Assembly (NCBI GenBank): GCA_964593215.1
Contig: CAZQIA010000002.1
Coordinates: forward strand, 1 to 45,871
Direction: 5' to 3'
DNA length: 45,871 nucleotides
Source: an uncultured Gammaproteobacteria bacterium
GTDB taxonomy: Bacteria; Patescibacteriota; Microgenomatia; Levybacterales; GWA1-39-11
A program made the position numbers and the translations under genes. This document shows positions 17,511 to 25,824 of this stretch, in pieces (positions within the stretch are counted from its first letter, which is position 1; every line of letters starts with the position of its first letter). The notes beneath the pieces were generated by a model. That model saw only the letters and a list, made by a program, of their open reading frames with translations. It had not been told where the DNA came from and ran no database searches.

Positions 17511-18704
17511 TCACTCGTATCTTAAAGCTTCAATTGGGGAGAGTCGGGAGGCGCGTATTGCTGGTGCCATTCCAAATATTACGCCTACCAAAATAGAAAA
17601 CGCAAAAGCAAGAATTATAGACCATGGGGTAACGGCAGAAACCAAAAGCCTAGCAAGAATTAAGGATCCGCCAAGTCCTAAAGTAATTCCAATAAGTCCC
17701 CCAGAAAGTGAAAGAATTACTGCTTCTAATAAAAATTGTGCCAAAATATCTTTCCTTTTTGCGCCCAATGCTTTTCTCAGACCTATTTCGCGAGTGCGCT
17801 CTGTAACAGAAACAAGCATTATATTTGCGACTCCAATTCCTCCAACCAATAATGAAATTGCAGCAATCCCGCCTAAAGCCAAAGATAATATATTTGTAAT
17901 ATTAGAAATAATCTCAAGGCTGGACTGAGCAGATTGAACCGTAAAATCATCAGCTGTTAATCTTTTTAGAAGAATTTTTTTCATTTGGTCCTGAATAAAC
18001 GGTACTTGGCTGGCATTATTTACTGAAACGTAGATTGCATTAATTTGTGTTATTCCAAACTGCCTGCGGGACGCGCCTATAGGAACTATAATAGTGTTAT
18101 CTTGATCAATCCCAAAAATTGCACCCCTTGCTTTCATAGTTCCTATAACCGTATAAATATTATTTCCCACAAAAAACCGTTTTCCTATTGGATTTTCATT
18201 GGGGAATAAGTCTTTTATGGCTGTTTGTCCTAAGATTGCAACATTTGCACCCGTTCTTTCCTGTCCTTCAGAGAAGAAAATCCCTTTTTCAACTACAGCA
18301 TTTTTAACAGTTTGTGTATAGTTTGCGGTTGTGCCTAAAATTGCAACACCCTTATCAGTTTTATTTTTATACTTTGCAGTTGCTGCTTGTTGAACAACAG
18401 GTGCAACGCTTGCTAGATTTCTTAATCTTAAGCGTATGTTCTCAGCGTCTTGGGCAAGCAATTTATTTATAACAACTCCTCCTGGGGTTCTTGCTCCAGT
18501 TGAGCTACCGGGAATAACAAAAACTAGGTTTGATCCAAAACCCTGGATTTGATTTGTAATATAGCCTTGAAGACCAGTACCTACTGAAACAAGCATAATA
18601 ATTGCAAAAACCCCAATTATTATGCCAAGCATAGTAAGAAAACTTCTTAATTTATTTGCAACTAGAGCCTTCCAAGAAAGCCTAATTAATTCTCGTGTAT
18701 CCAT
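17511..18704 (-). CDS. MacB-type ABC transporter permease (FtsX family), triad 1
   Basis: 397 aa with the same architecture as 14277-15488. Contains VGGIGVANIMLVSVTERTREIGLRKALGA. Confidence 0.85.
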   Translation of the reverse strand: MDTRELIRLSWKALVANKLRSFLTMLGIIIGVFAIIMLVSVGTGLQGYITNQIQGFGSNLVFVIPGSSTGARTPGGVVINKLLAQDAENIRLRLRNLASVAPVVQQAATAKYKNKTDKGVAILGTTANYTQTVKNAVVEKGIFFSEGQERTGANVAILGQTAIKDLFPNENPIGKRFFVGNNIYTVIGTMKARGAIFGIDQDNTIIVPIGASRRQFGITQINAIYVSVNNASQVPFIQDQMKKILLKRLTADDFTVQSAQSSLEIISNITNILSLALGGIAAISLLVGGIGVANIMLVSVTERTREIGLRKALGAKRKDILAQFLLEAVILSLSGGLIGITLGLGGSLILARLLVSAVTPWSIILAFAFSILVGVIFGMAPAIRASRLSPIEALRYE

Positions 18705-18705
18705 A

Positions 18706-19380
18706 TTAACTTACAATAAGTCCATCTATGAGTTTAATAATTTTTTTTGCTTGTTTTGCGATATCCAACTCATGAGTTATTAAGATAATTGTTTTGCCTT
18801 TTTTATTTAAGTCTTTGAGAATTTTCATAACATCATTTCCTGAAGAGGTATCTAAATTACCTGTAGGTTCATCTGCAAGTATAATTTCTGGATCATTCAT
18901 TAATGCACGGGCTATTGCAACGCGCTGCTGTTGTCCTCCAGAGAGTTGATTGGGTCTATTATGGATTCTTTCTCCTAATCCAAGTGTAGTTAAGATTTCT
19001 TTCCCCCTCATTTCCCTTTCAGACCTACTCATTCCTGCATATATAGCTGGGAGTACTACATTTTCAAGCGTGGTTGATCTTGCAAGTAAATTAAATGATT
19101 GGAATACAAATCCTATTGTTTTATTTCTTAGACTTGAAAGGTGATCTTCAGAAAATTTCTCTACGCTGATCCCATTGAGATCATATTCTCCTGAGGTTGG
19201 GGTATCTAATAAACCCAGAATATTCATTAAAGTAGATTTTCCAGATCCGGAGCGTCCAGTAACTGCAATAAAATCCCCCTTTTTGATAGAAAATGAAATC
19301 CCTTTTAGGATAGGAGTAACCACATCTCCCGTAACGTATTCTTTTTTTATATTTTTGAGGCTGATTATTGTGTCTGCCAT
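18706..19380 (-). CDS. ABC transporter ATP-binding protein (MacB/LolD type), triad 1
   Basis: Walker [10 protein letters not shown], signature [15 protein letters not shown], Walker [12 protein letters not shown]. Confidence 0.9.
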   Translation of the reverse strand: MADTIISLKNIKKEYVTGDVVTPILKGISFSIKKGDFIAVTGRSGSGKSTLMNILGLLDTPTSGEYDLNGISVEKFSEDHLSSLRNKTIGFVFQSFNLLARSTTLENVVLPAIYAGMSRSEREMRGKEILTTLGLGERIHNRPNQLSGGQQQRVAIARALMNDPEIILADEPTGNLDTSSGNDVMKILKDLNKKGKTIILITHELDIAKQAKKIIKLIDGLIVS

Positions 19381-19387
19381 GGAAGCG

Positions 19388-20455
19388 TTATTTGTTTTTA
19401 TATCCTGGAACTAGTGTTGGGTCGGATACTATCTGATCTCCTTCTGATAGGCCAGATAATACTTCTGAAGACGTGTCATTCTGAATCCCTAATTTGAGAG
19501 TTTTTTTCACAAATCCTTTTTTAGTTTTAATGTAGATCTTATTATCTTCAACTAAACTTGCCAGTGGAACTGCTAAGACGTTTTGTTTTTTAAGTAAAAT
19601 AATTTCCGCGTTTCCGTTCATTCCAACTCTGTAGCTAAGATTGTTGGATTGAGACATTGCCGCTTTCACATCATACGCGTTTCCTCCCGTAGAGGTTGTA
19701 TGAGTTACAAAATCAATAGATTGAACAGTCAGATAAAGTGTTTTATCCGGGTACGGATCTAGAGTTACTTTTACCTGTTGTCCTTCTTTTATCTTTGCAA
19801 TATCCGCCTCATCAACCTCCATCTTAAACTCTAAAGAGTTGGGATCCGTAATCGTAAAACCAGTAGTTCCTGCAATAGCTGTAACGCCGTTAGTTTTTGC
19901 ATCAGCTTTTGTAATAATTCCGGAAATTGGAGATGATAAGACAGACTGCTGTTTTGCCAGATCCTGAAGCTCCACAGAAACTATTGCCTTGTCTAAATTA
20001 AACTGGTTATCTTGTAGAATACGTTTCATTGAGTCGTTTAATGCTTGATCCGGGCGTCTATTCTGGTAGTTATCCTGAGTCTGGTCAAAAGTATCTCTTT
20101 GTAAACTGTAACTGATAAGCGTTGACTGTAGGTTTTTAAGTGCTGTGCGTTGGTCAAGCGTTGCAATAAGTGCTCCCTGTTTTACACTATCTCCTTTTTT
20201 CACTCCTACATAAGAAATAGTTCCTGAGATGGGAAACGTTAAATTCACCTCTTTTTCCGCGGTAATACTACCAGTTATAGCAAGAGACTCCACAAATTCT
20301 TTTCTGGAAACAGTTTCTAGAGGTACTGGTTTTCCTGGTTTAGGACGCAAGAAGTATATTCCTACCCCAATAAGAATTATAAGAATTAAGGAAATAATTT
20401 TATGTTTAAAGATGAATGATTTAATTCTGCTTGTTGTGTTCTTAATTTTTGTCAT
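19388..20455 (-). CDS. HlyD-family membrane fusion protein, triad 1
   Basis: 355 aa. TM anchor, lipoyl-like VKKGDSVKQGALIATLD and a beta-barrel C-terminus. Confidence 0.75.
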   Translation of the reverse strand: MTKIKNTTSRIKSFIFKHKIISLILIILIGVGIYFLRPKPGKPVPLETVSRKEFVESLAITGSITAEKEVNLTFPISGTISYVGVKKGDSVKQGALIATLDQRTALKNLQSTLISYSLQRDTFDQTQDNYQNRRPDQALNDSMKRILQDNQFNLDKAIVSVELQDLAKQQSVLSSPISGIITKADAKTNGVTAIAGTTGFTITDPNSLEFKMEVDEADIAKIKEGQQVKVTLDPYPDKTLYLTVQSIDFVTHTTSTGGNAYDVKAAMSQSNNLSYRVGMNGNAEIILLKKQNVLAVPLASLVEDNKIYIKTKKGFVKKTLKLGIQNDTSSEVLSGLSEGDQIVSDPTLVPGYKNK

Positions 20456-20526
20456 AGCAATAATACCCCTATTATATAAAAAAGTAATTTAACATTTTAG
20501 TCAACCGACAAACAACGAAAAAGTTA

Positions 20527-20535
20527 TGATACTAT
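20527..20535 (+). promoter_or_regulatory. Extended -10 TGaTACTAT ending 6 nt before the ATG at 20542
   Basis: ttaTGaTACTATttaaaaATG, with no SD. Confidence 0.35.
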
Positions 20536-20541
20536 TTAAAA

Positions 20542-21294
20542 ATGGCAGACGAAGAGTTTTCGTTAAAGCAGTATTTTGTTCCATTTACTAATGTCAAGGC
20601 TGTTTCATTTATTATATTGATCGGCTTTATAGTATTTGCAAATTCCTTAGTTAATAGTCCTGTATTAGATGATAACCGTTACATTTTTAATAACCCCGAT
20701 TTTCAATCTTTTAACATTCTCAATAATTTTGAGCCTAATATGTTCAATACAATAGGACAATACAGGGCTTTGACCTCATTATTTTTCAACATAGAATCCC
20801 AGTTGTTTCATGATTCAGTTTTTTTCTTCCATGTTCTACAAATCTCGCTACACATCTTGAATACTATTCTCGTATATTTTGTGTTTAGGAGATTTTTTAC
20901 ACAAAAATTCTTGGTGTTTTTATTGTCAATCCTTTTTCTGATACGTCCAGTTCAGACGGAATCCGTATCGTACATATCGTCTTCGGGAAGTGAATTGTTT
21001 TTTGTATTTGGTTTCTTAGCATTCTTGATAAGTATTCAAAAGACTGTAACTTTTAAGAAAATGCTCGCTTCCTGGCCATTTATGGGAACAGCAACAGCAA
21101 CTGCACTAATATCTAATAATCAAACAGGTACTGTAGATTTTGATGTAACTTCTGATGTCCAATCATTTATAAGTAATTCATCTGCAAATTATGGATGGTT
21201 AATTAAAAAGACAGATGAAGGTGCAAATGGCAGAGTACAGTTTGGCTCCAGACAATCCTCTTCAACCCCTCAGCTCATTATTACTCCGCAATAA
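20542..21294 (+). pseudogene. Chimeric ORF: N-terminal ~170 aa of a TMTC/PMT_2-like polytopic membrane protein fused in frame to the C-terminal ~70 aa of a secreted DNRLRE-like carbohydrate-binding-type domain
   Basis: The N-terminal pattern ANSLVNSPVLDDNRYIFNNP...YRALTSLFF...HVLQISLHILNTILVYFVF normally opens 500-700-aa TPR membrane proteins. After ~21050-21090 the sequence switches to ...GTVDFDVTSDVQSFISNSSANYGWLIKK...VQFGSRQSSSTPQLIITPQ and looks more GC-rich by eye. Confidence 0.4.
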
Positions 21295-21308
21295 ATTAAC
21301 ACCTTTCC

Positions 21309-21338
21309 TTGACGCGAGGGCCTGTATTCTGGTACAAT
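21309..21338 (+). promoter_or_regulatory. Strong sigma70-type promoter TTGACG-18-(TGg)TACAAT of the nusA operon leader
   Basis: cTTGACGcgagggcctgtattctggTACAATg. Both hexamers are near consensus, with a TG extension. Confidence 0.5.
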
Positions 21339-21366
21339 GATTCCTACAATAATAATGTAAGTAAAG

Positions 21367-21392
21367 AGATGGGACAAACCCATCTTTTTTTT
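21367..21392 (+). terminator. Canonical intrinsic terminator (7-bp stem AGATGGG/CCCATCT, 5-nt loop, T7-8 tail)
   Basis: agatgggacaaacccatcttttttttac. It lies downstream of the chimeric ORF and also ~22 nt downstream of the predicted start site of the 21309 promoter. Confidence 0.7.
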
Positions 21393-21411
21393 ACAAAAAG
21401 TAATAAGGTTA

Positions 21412-21469
21412 CCCTGCGTTGAATAACACAGGGTGACAGAAAAAATTGAGAAATTTTATTTTTTCTGTC
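21412..21469 (+). promoter_or_regulatory. Bipartite hairpin element, copy 1 (22-nt hairpin + T + 35-nt hairpin), 19 nt upstream of the nusA ATG
   Basis: CCCTGCG-ttgaataa-CACAGGG, then t, then GACAGAAAAAAT-tgagaaatttt-ATTTTTTCTGTC. Same geometry as 37648-37705. Confidence 0.6.
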
Positions 21470-21488
21470 AAACACAAGGAGATACAAA

Positions 21489-22553
21489 ATGGCTGTATTA
21501 CAAAGATCAGAATTTGCGCTCGCACTAAACCAAATTGCTTCTGAAAGAGGAGTGGATGCTTCTGTGATTATAGAGACTATGAAAGGGGCAATTCTTGCCG
21601 CGTATAGAAAAGATAATCCGTCTGAAGAAGAAGATTCAGTGTTTCAGGTTGACCTCAATGAAAACACCGGAGAAACAAGGATCTTAAAAGAAGGAAAAGA
21701 TATAACCCCTCCTGGATTTGGAAGAATTGCCGCACAAACCGCAAAACAGGTTTTGCTTCAAAAAATTAGAGAAAAAGAAAAAGATGCAATCATAGATGAA
21801 TATTCTAAAAGATTAGGAACCGTAGTTAATGGAATGATTTTGCGTTTTGCTGGACCTAATATCATTATGGATATTGGAAAAGCAGAGGCCATACTTCCAG
21901 CAAATCAGAAAATCCCTAATGAACAGTATTTCTTGAATAAAAAAATGCCTGTTTACATAATGGAAATCTCTGAAGAAAAGGGACGGGAAATTTTAGTTTC
22001 CAGAACCCACACAGGGCTTATAGAAGGTCTTTTAAAACGGGAAGTTCCAGAGGTTGCAGCAGGATCTGTTTTGGTAGATAAAATTGTGAGAGAGCCTGGG
22101 AGCAGAGCAAAAATTGCAGTTTCATCAAAGCAGTCAGGAATTGATCCCGTGGGTTCATGTGTAGGACAAAAAGGAGTAAGAATTCAAGCAGTTATTGATG
22201 CTCTGGATGGTCTTGAGAAGATCGATGTTATCCAGGGAAGTTCTGACCCAATTAAATTTATTACAAATGCGCTATCTCCAGCAAAAAACATAGAGGTTAA
22301 AGTAGATGAAAAAGAAAAAATTGCGCATGTTACCGCTCCAAAAGAAGAAATGCCTTTAGTAATTGGAAGAGATGGTCAGAATGTGAGACTTGCAGGAAAA
22401 TTAACCGGCTACAATATAGAAGTTAAAGATGGCGTTCCATCTGTTGTTGCTGAAGAAGTAGAAGAAACGCCAAAAGAAGAGTCCGAAACTCCAGTCTCTA
22501 AAGAAGAAACACCAGAAGTAAAAGAATCAGAACCTGAAAAAGCTTCAGAATAA
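21489..22553 (+). CDS. nusA: Transcription termination/antitermination factor NusA
   Basis: AAGGAG SD. NusA N-terminal domain, S1-like domain and two KH domains (DPVGSCVGQKGVRIQ, VIGRDGQNVRLAGKLTG), plus an acidic C-tail. Confidence 0.9.
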   Translation: MAVLQRSEFALALNQIASERGVDASVIIETMKGAILAAYRKDNPSEEEDSVFQVDLNENTGETRILKEGKDITPPGFGRIAAQTAKQVLLQKIREKEKDAIIDEYSKRLGTVVNGMILRFAGPNIIMDIGKAEAILPANQKIPNEQYFLNKKMPVYIMEISEEKGREILVSRTHTGLIEGLLKREVPEVAAGSVLVDKIVREPGSRAKIAVSSKQSGIDPVGSCVGQKGVRIQAVIDALDGLEKIDVIQGSSDPIKFITNALSPAKNIEVKVDEKEKIAHVTAPKEEMPLVIGRDGQNVRLAGKLTGYNIEVKDGVPSVVAEEVEETPKEESETPVSKEETPEVKESEPEKASE

Positions 22554-22579
22554 TAATACTATGAGAAGCGTTTTTAACT

Positions 22580-24061
22580 ATGAACAAAAATCAGCACAAC
22601 CAAGCCTCGACTCATTCGAATGATTTCCCCCCTGTAGTTTCTGTATTGGGACATGTAGATCATGGGAAAACCTCACTTTTAGACGCAATCAGAAAAACGG
22701 ACGTAGCAGGCGGAGAACACGGTGGAATTACCCAGAAAATTGGAACCTCTGAAATTGAAATCGAGCACGAAGGGAAAAAACGTAAGATTACTTTCATAGA
22801 CACCCCTGGTCACGAGGCTTTTTTTACCATGCGCTCTCAAGGGGTAAACGCATCTGACGTAGCGCTTCTCATTGTGGCAGCAGACGATGGGATTATGCCC
22901 CAGACAAAAGAGTCTATAGAAAAGATAAAAGAAGCAAAAATTCCATTCATTGTGGTTATTACAAAAATTGATCTGCCGTCTGCTCAGATAGAGAAAGTAA
23001 AGCAAATGATTATGGGAGAAGGAATACTTCTTGAGGGATTAGGGGGAGAGACACCTTTTATTGGAGTTTCTTCAAAGACCGGTGAAAACATTAAAGATTT
23101 ACTTGATTTGATAGTGTTAGTGTATGATCTTGCAAATATTGAAAAAACTGATTCTAAAGAGTTTATGGGAGTCGTAATTGACTCTAAGATGGATAAAAAA
23201 AGAGGAGCGGTTTCTACCGTTATTGTAAAGCAGGGAAAAATTTCCCAAGGACATAAACTTTACAAAGAAGAAAAAGAGTTAGGAAAAATAAGAGCTCTAT
23301 TTAACTCAGAAGGGAAAACGGTGAAAGAAGTTGGTCCCGGTCAAGGAGCTGAAATCTTAGGGTTGTCAGATGTGCTTTCAACTGGTGCAGTTCTTTTTGA
23401 TGCACCTCAAAAAAAGGTAGAGGTTGCAGAAGTTAAGAAAGCTATGCCTACATCTTCTGTAGACTTGCACGCATTTTTTGCTGAGCAGGAAGAAGAGGGT
23501 CTTTTAGTCTTTCTGAAAACTGAGACCAGCGGAGAAATGGATGCCATTAAAGCATCCTTACCTAAGGATATTAAAGTAGTTTCAGAGGGCCAGGGCGAAA
23601 TAGGAGTAAAAGACATTCTTCTTGCAAAGGATCTTAAAGCTTTAGTTTTAGGATTTAACGTAGGAATTTCTAAAGAAGCTGCATCTTTAGCCATAACTGA
23701 CGGTGTATTTTATAAAACCTACACTATCATATATAAGCTTTTAGAGGAGATGTCTGAGGCACTTTCCGGCTTAGGACAGGAAGAAGAAGTAAAAATCAGA
23801 GGAAGAGCTGAGATTTTAGCAGAGTTTCCCACTGAAGTGGGGAAGATTTTAGGCGTAAAAGTAACTGAAGGAAGATTGGCGGTAAATGATCCGGTTATTG
23901 TAACTAGAGATGATGTAGAAGTGGGACGTTCTAAAATAAGCCTTTTAAAGCGCGGCAAGGCAGAGGTAAAAGAAGTTGCAAAAGGACTTGAATGCGGAGC
24001 AACGTTAACCCCTTTTATTGACTTTCAGGTTGGGGATGTGTTATTATCCCATAGCAAATAA
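22580..24061 (+). CDS. infB: Translation initiation factor IF-2 (short form starting at the G domain)
   Basis: GHVDHGKTSLLD, DTPGHEAF, ITKIDL. Conserved position after nusA. Confidence 0.9.
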   Translation: MNKNQHNQASTHSNDFPPVVSVLGHVDHGKTSLLDAIRKTDVAGGEHGGITQKIGTSEIEIEHEGKKRKITFIDTPGHEAFFTMRSQGVNASDVALLIVAADDGIMPQTKESIEKIKEAKIPFIVVITKIDLPSAQIEKVKQMIMGEGILLEGLGGETPFIGVSSKTGENIKDLLDLIVLVYDLANIEKTDSKEFMGVVIDSKMDKKRGAVSTVIVKQGKISQGHKLYKEEKELGKIRALFNSEGKTVKEVGPGQGAEILGLSDVLSTGAVLFDAPQKKVEVAEVKKAMPTSSVDLHAFFAEQEEEGLLVFLKTETSGEMDAIKASLPKDIKVVSEGQGEIGVKDILLAKDLKALVLGFNVGISKEAASLAITDGVFYKTYTIIYKLLEEMSEALSGLGQEEEVKIRGRAEILAEFPTEVGKILGVKVTEGRLAVNDPVIVTRDDVEVGRSKISLLKRGKAEVKEVAKGLECGATLTPFIDFQVGDVLLSHSK

Positions 24062-24131
24062 TTTCGATATCAGATTTTGATAATCTTATTGGACTCTCCA
24101 TTTAGATTTCTTATATCGAAGCAAGGCAGGT

Positions 24132-25259
24132 ATGGATAGAATATTACAGCAAAAACAGGCTCTAGAAGCAATCCTTTCAGAAAATCCTTCTGTTGGGGTG
24201 GTTATCTCTTCACATCAGAATTTGGACGTGATTGCAGCGGGACTTTCTCTACAGCTTATCTTTCAGGACTCCGGTAAAAGTTCTCAAATTGTTTCAGGAA
24301 AAGAACCCATAGTTGAATATTCTTCTTTGGTAGGAATTGATCAAATAAGAAAAGATTTTTCCGGAGTTACAAAAACATTAACTGTTTCTTTTCCTTATAA
24401 AGAAGGAGAGATTGAGAAGGTTTCTTATAACATTGAAGGAGACAGGCTTAATGTGAACTTATTTGGTGAAGAATCCGGAATCTCTATTCAGGAAAAAGAC
24501 ATTAAATATATTAGGCAAGGATCTGCGCCAAATCTACTTTTTACTATTGGTGCTCGAGATCTTACCGAGATTCAAGATTATGCACAAACTGGTGCAAAAA
24601 TCGTAAACATTGACAATGATCCTGTAAATACTCTTTTTGGAGACGTAGTTTTAGTAGACAGCTCTTTTTCTTCAATTTCTGAAATTATTACAAAACTCGC
24701 TCAGATGCTTAATCTGCAAGTTGAGTTTGATGTAGCACAAAATTTACTAGACGGAATTTCTTTTGCAACTCAGAATTATTCATCTCCAAAAACATCTCCC
24801 ATAGCATTTGAGGCAGCAAGCATGCTCTTACAACGCGGTGCGGTAAGAAGAACCATGAAAGATATCCGTCCTGCAACTTCTGATACGTCACTAACTCAAT
24901 TAAATAAGGTACAAAACAGTAAGCAGTTTAACCAATCTTTTCAGAAACAATTTGGAAAACCTGCGGCACAGTTTTCACAAAAACCAACTCAGCCATTTTT
25001 TCAGCCACAGTCTCCTTATGATGTAATGCAGCCGCAAAATATGGCACAGGAAGAATTTGGAGATGAAGAAGTTTCAACACCTCCGGCTCGTTCAACTGCT
25101 CCCTCAACAACGCGTCCAAATGTTCCAGCGGTTGAAGAATTTCCTATGGATGAACAAGAGGATGCGGTTTCCCAGCCGGAAAATATTCCTACAGAAGAAG
25201 AGGCGCCATCTGATTGGTTTGTTCCAAAAGTCTTCAAATCCACCAAAAACCAGGGATAA
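24132..25259 (+). CDS. NrnA-like DHH-family protein with all catalytic motifs degenerate and a Q/P/E-rich disordered C-terminus instead of DHHA1
   Basis: Collinear with NrnA, but SSHQNLDVIAAG stands for HxxPDxDxxGS, IDNDP for IDHHP and GISFATQNY for GIxxDTGxF. Conserved nusA-infB-(rbfA)-nrnA-type position. Confidence 0.45.
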   Translation: MDRILQQKQALEAILSENPSVGVVISSHQNLDVIAAGLSLQLIFQDSGKSSQIVSGKEPIVEYSSLVGIDQIRKDFSGVTKTLTVSFPYKEGEIEKVSYNIEGDRLNVNLFGEESGISIQEKDIKYIRQGSAPNLLFTIGARDLTEIQDYAQTGAKIVNIDNDPVNTLFGDVVLVDSSFSSISEIITKLAQMLNLQVEFDVAQNLLDGISFATQNYSSPKTSPIAFEAASMLLQRGAVRRTMKDIRPATSDTSLTQLNKVQNSKQFNQSFQKQFGKPAAQFSQKPTQPFFQPQSPYDVMQPQNMAQEEFGDEEVSTPPARSTAPSTTRPNVPAVEEFPMDEQEDAVSQPENIPTEEEAPSDWFVPKVFKSTKNQG

Positions 25260-25262
25260 CCT

Positions 25263-25709
25263 ATGTCTTCATTTGAAACCGATCCTAGTATAAGAAGTAC
25301 TGCAACTTTTATGATGCAGGAATACGTGGATCCGCTTTTGAAACAACTTATTAAACAAGGTGTTGTTCCTATTGGTACTTCCGTGGAGATTAAATTTCCT
25401 GGAAAAACTTTATACACCCCTCATTTCTCATACAATCCAGATACAAGAATTATGGAGAGAAATAGTAATGAGATTAAAATAGCACCAAAGGATGGAAAAT
25501 TTTTAGCTTTACTAGTATCAAAAGCAGGAGAGATTGTAACTTTCGGAGAAATGACCGAATTATTTGAACGAAAAACAGTTGCAAAGAATAGTGACGTTGG
25601 GAAAGATTCAGTTTTTAGGCTCCGAGGTTCTATGAAAAAAATAGGGGTGGAAGAGCCAATGAGTGTAATAGTTCCCGTAGAGGGAATTGGTTACAGATTC
25701 AATCCTTAG
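25263..25709 (+). CDS. Stand-alone OmpR/PhoB-type winged-helix protein (no receiver domain)
   Basis: The C-terminal ~75 aa IKIAPKDGKFLALLVSKAGEIVTFGEMTELF...VFRLRGSMKKIG...VEGIGYRFNP follow the Trans_reg_C pattern. The N-terminal 70 aa are unassigned. Confidence 0.5.
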   Translation: MSSFETDPSIRSTATFMMQEYVDPLLKQLIKQGVVPIGTSVEIKFPGKTLYTPHFSYNPDTRIMERNSNEIKIAPKDGKFLALLVSKAGEIVTFGEMTELFERKTVAKNSDVGKDSVFRLRGSMKKIGVEEPMSVIVPVEGIGYRFNP

Positions 25710-25716
25710 TGAATTA

Positions 25717-25745
25717 TTGAAATTGTAAGAAGAACTTGATATAAT
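25717..25745 (+). promoter_or_regulatory. Promoter TTGAAA-17-(TGa)TATAAT for rpsO-pnp
   Basis: aTTGAAAttgtaagaagaacttgaTATAATacg. Confidence 0.5.
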
Positions 25746-25824
25746 ACGAATATAATATTTAAAGAAAGGGAAATTCAAGGCACATAACACTACTCTCAAA
25801 GAGCCTCGAATACAAATAATTTAA

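Noticed and set aside
24062-24131. Inverted repeat TTCGATAT ... ATATCGAA in the infB / NrnA-like intergenic region, as a terminator or regulatory hairpin.
   Set aside because: The 8-bp AT-rich arms are separated by ~40 nt with no U-tract and no second copy, so this is compatible with chance in AT-rich DNA.
25752-25824. The rpsO leader as an S15 autoregulatory structure (pairing ATTCAAGG ... CCTCGAAT around a 23-nt loop).
   Set aside because: Only a 7/8-bp imperfect stem. Known S15-binding leaders differ between phyla and I cannot match any of them, so comparative data are needed.
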